A DNA stretch of 52,431 nucleotides, from assembly GCA_902572915.1 (NCBI GenBank), contig CACGHR010000001.1, positions 1-52,431 of the forward strand, given 5' to 3'. Below, piece by piece: positions 52,415 to 52,431 of this stretch (positions are counted from its first letter, which is position 1; the number at the start of each line of letters is the position of its first letter). The position numbers and the translations under genes were made by a program. The stretch comes from an uncultured Prochlorococcus sp. (GTDB lineage Bacteria > Cyanobacteriota > Cyanobacteriia > PCC-6307 > Cyanobiaceae). The notes below the pieces were generated by a model that was not told where the DNA came from, made no database searches, and saw only the letters and a program-made list of their open reading frames with translations.

Positions 52415-52431
52415 GATTTTTTTATTAGATT

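Noticed and set aside
1-52431. A novel multi-gene system, mobile element, prophage, defence island or CRISPR array
   Set aside because: No integrase, transposase, phage or cas genes; no regularly spaced repeats; no duplicated tRNA 3' ends seen. Almost every ORF is a recognisable core gene in the expected order.

Overview
AT-rich core-genome segment of a marine picocyanobacterium, almost certainly a high-light Prochlorococcus. This is inferred from gene content, gene order, strong AT bias and very short intergenic spaces. The left two-thirds carry housekeeping and photosynthesis genes (ho1-pebA-pebB, panC/cmk, purM, rnd, ccb1, hemF, mrp, rodA, hik2, psaD, trpE, gshA, ppc, recF, speD, larE-like, tandem cobO, moeB-rhodanese, curT, crtD, tyrA, recA, ldpA, ndhN) and three minus-strand tRNAs (Cys-GCA, Arg-CCG, Gln-UUG). 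The right third is the large ribosomal protein cluster from rplC through secY-adk-rpmJ-rpsM-rpsK-rpoA-rplQ-truA-rplM-rpsI-rpmE to prfA. I see no mobile element, CRISPR array, island or novel multi-gene system. The best leads are small-scale. (1) The recF N-terminal Walker A region has no in-frame ATG/GTG/TTG and overlaps an out-of-frame 8-codon uORF that ends in A5-T7-AA, so it may use an ATT start or a -1 slip. (2) The rplC leader is structured and has mutually exclusive pairings that reach the start region. (3) A zinc-free L36, missed by the ORF track, sits in the canonical position. (4) Metal-binding cysteines are repeatedly lost (Mrp, MoeB, L31, L36). (5) There is a motif-less DinG-like protein.
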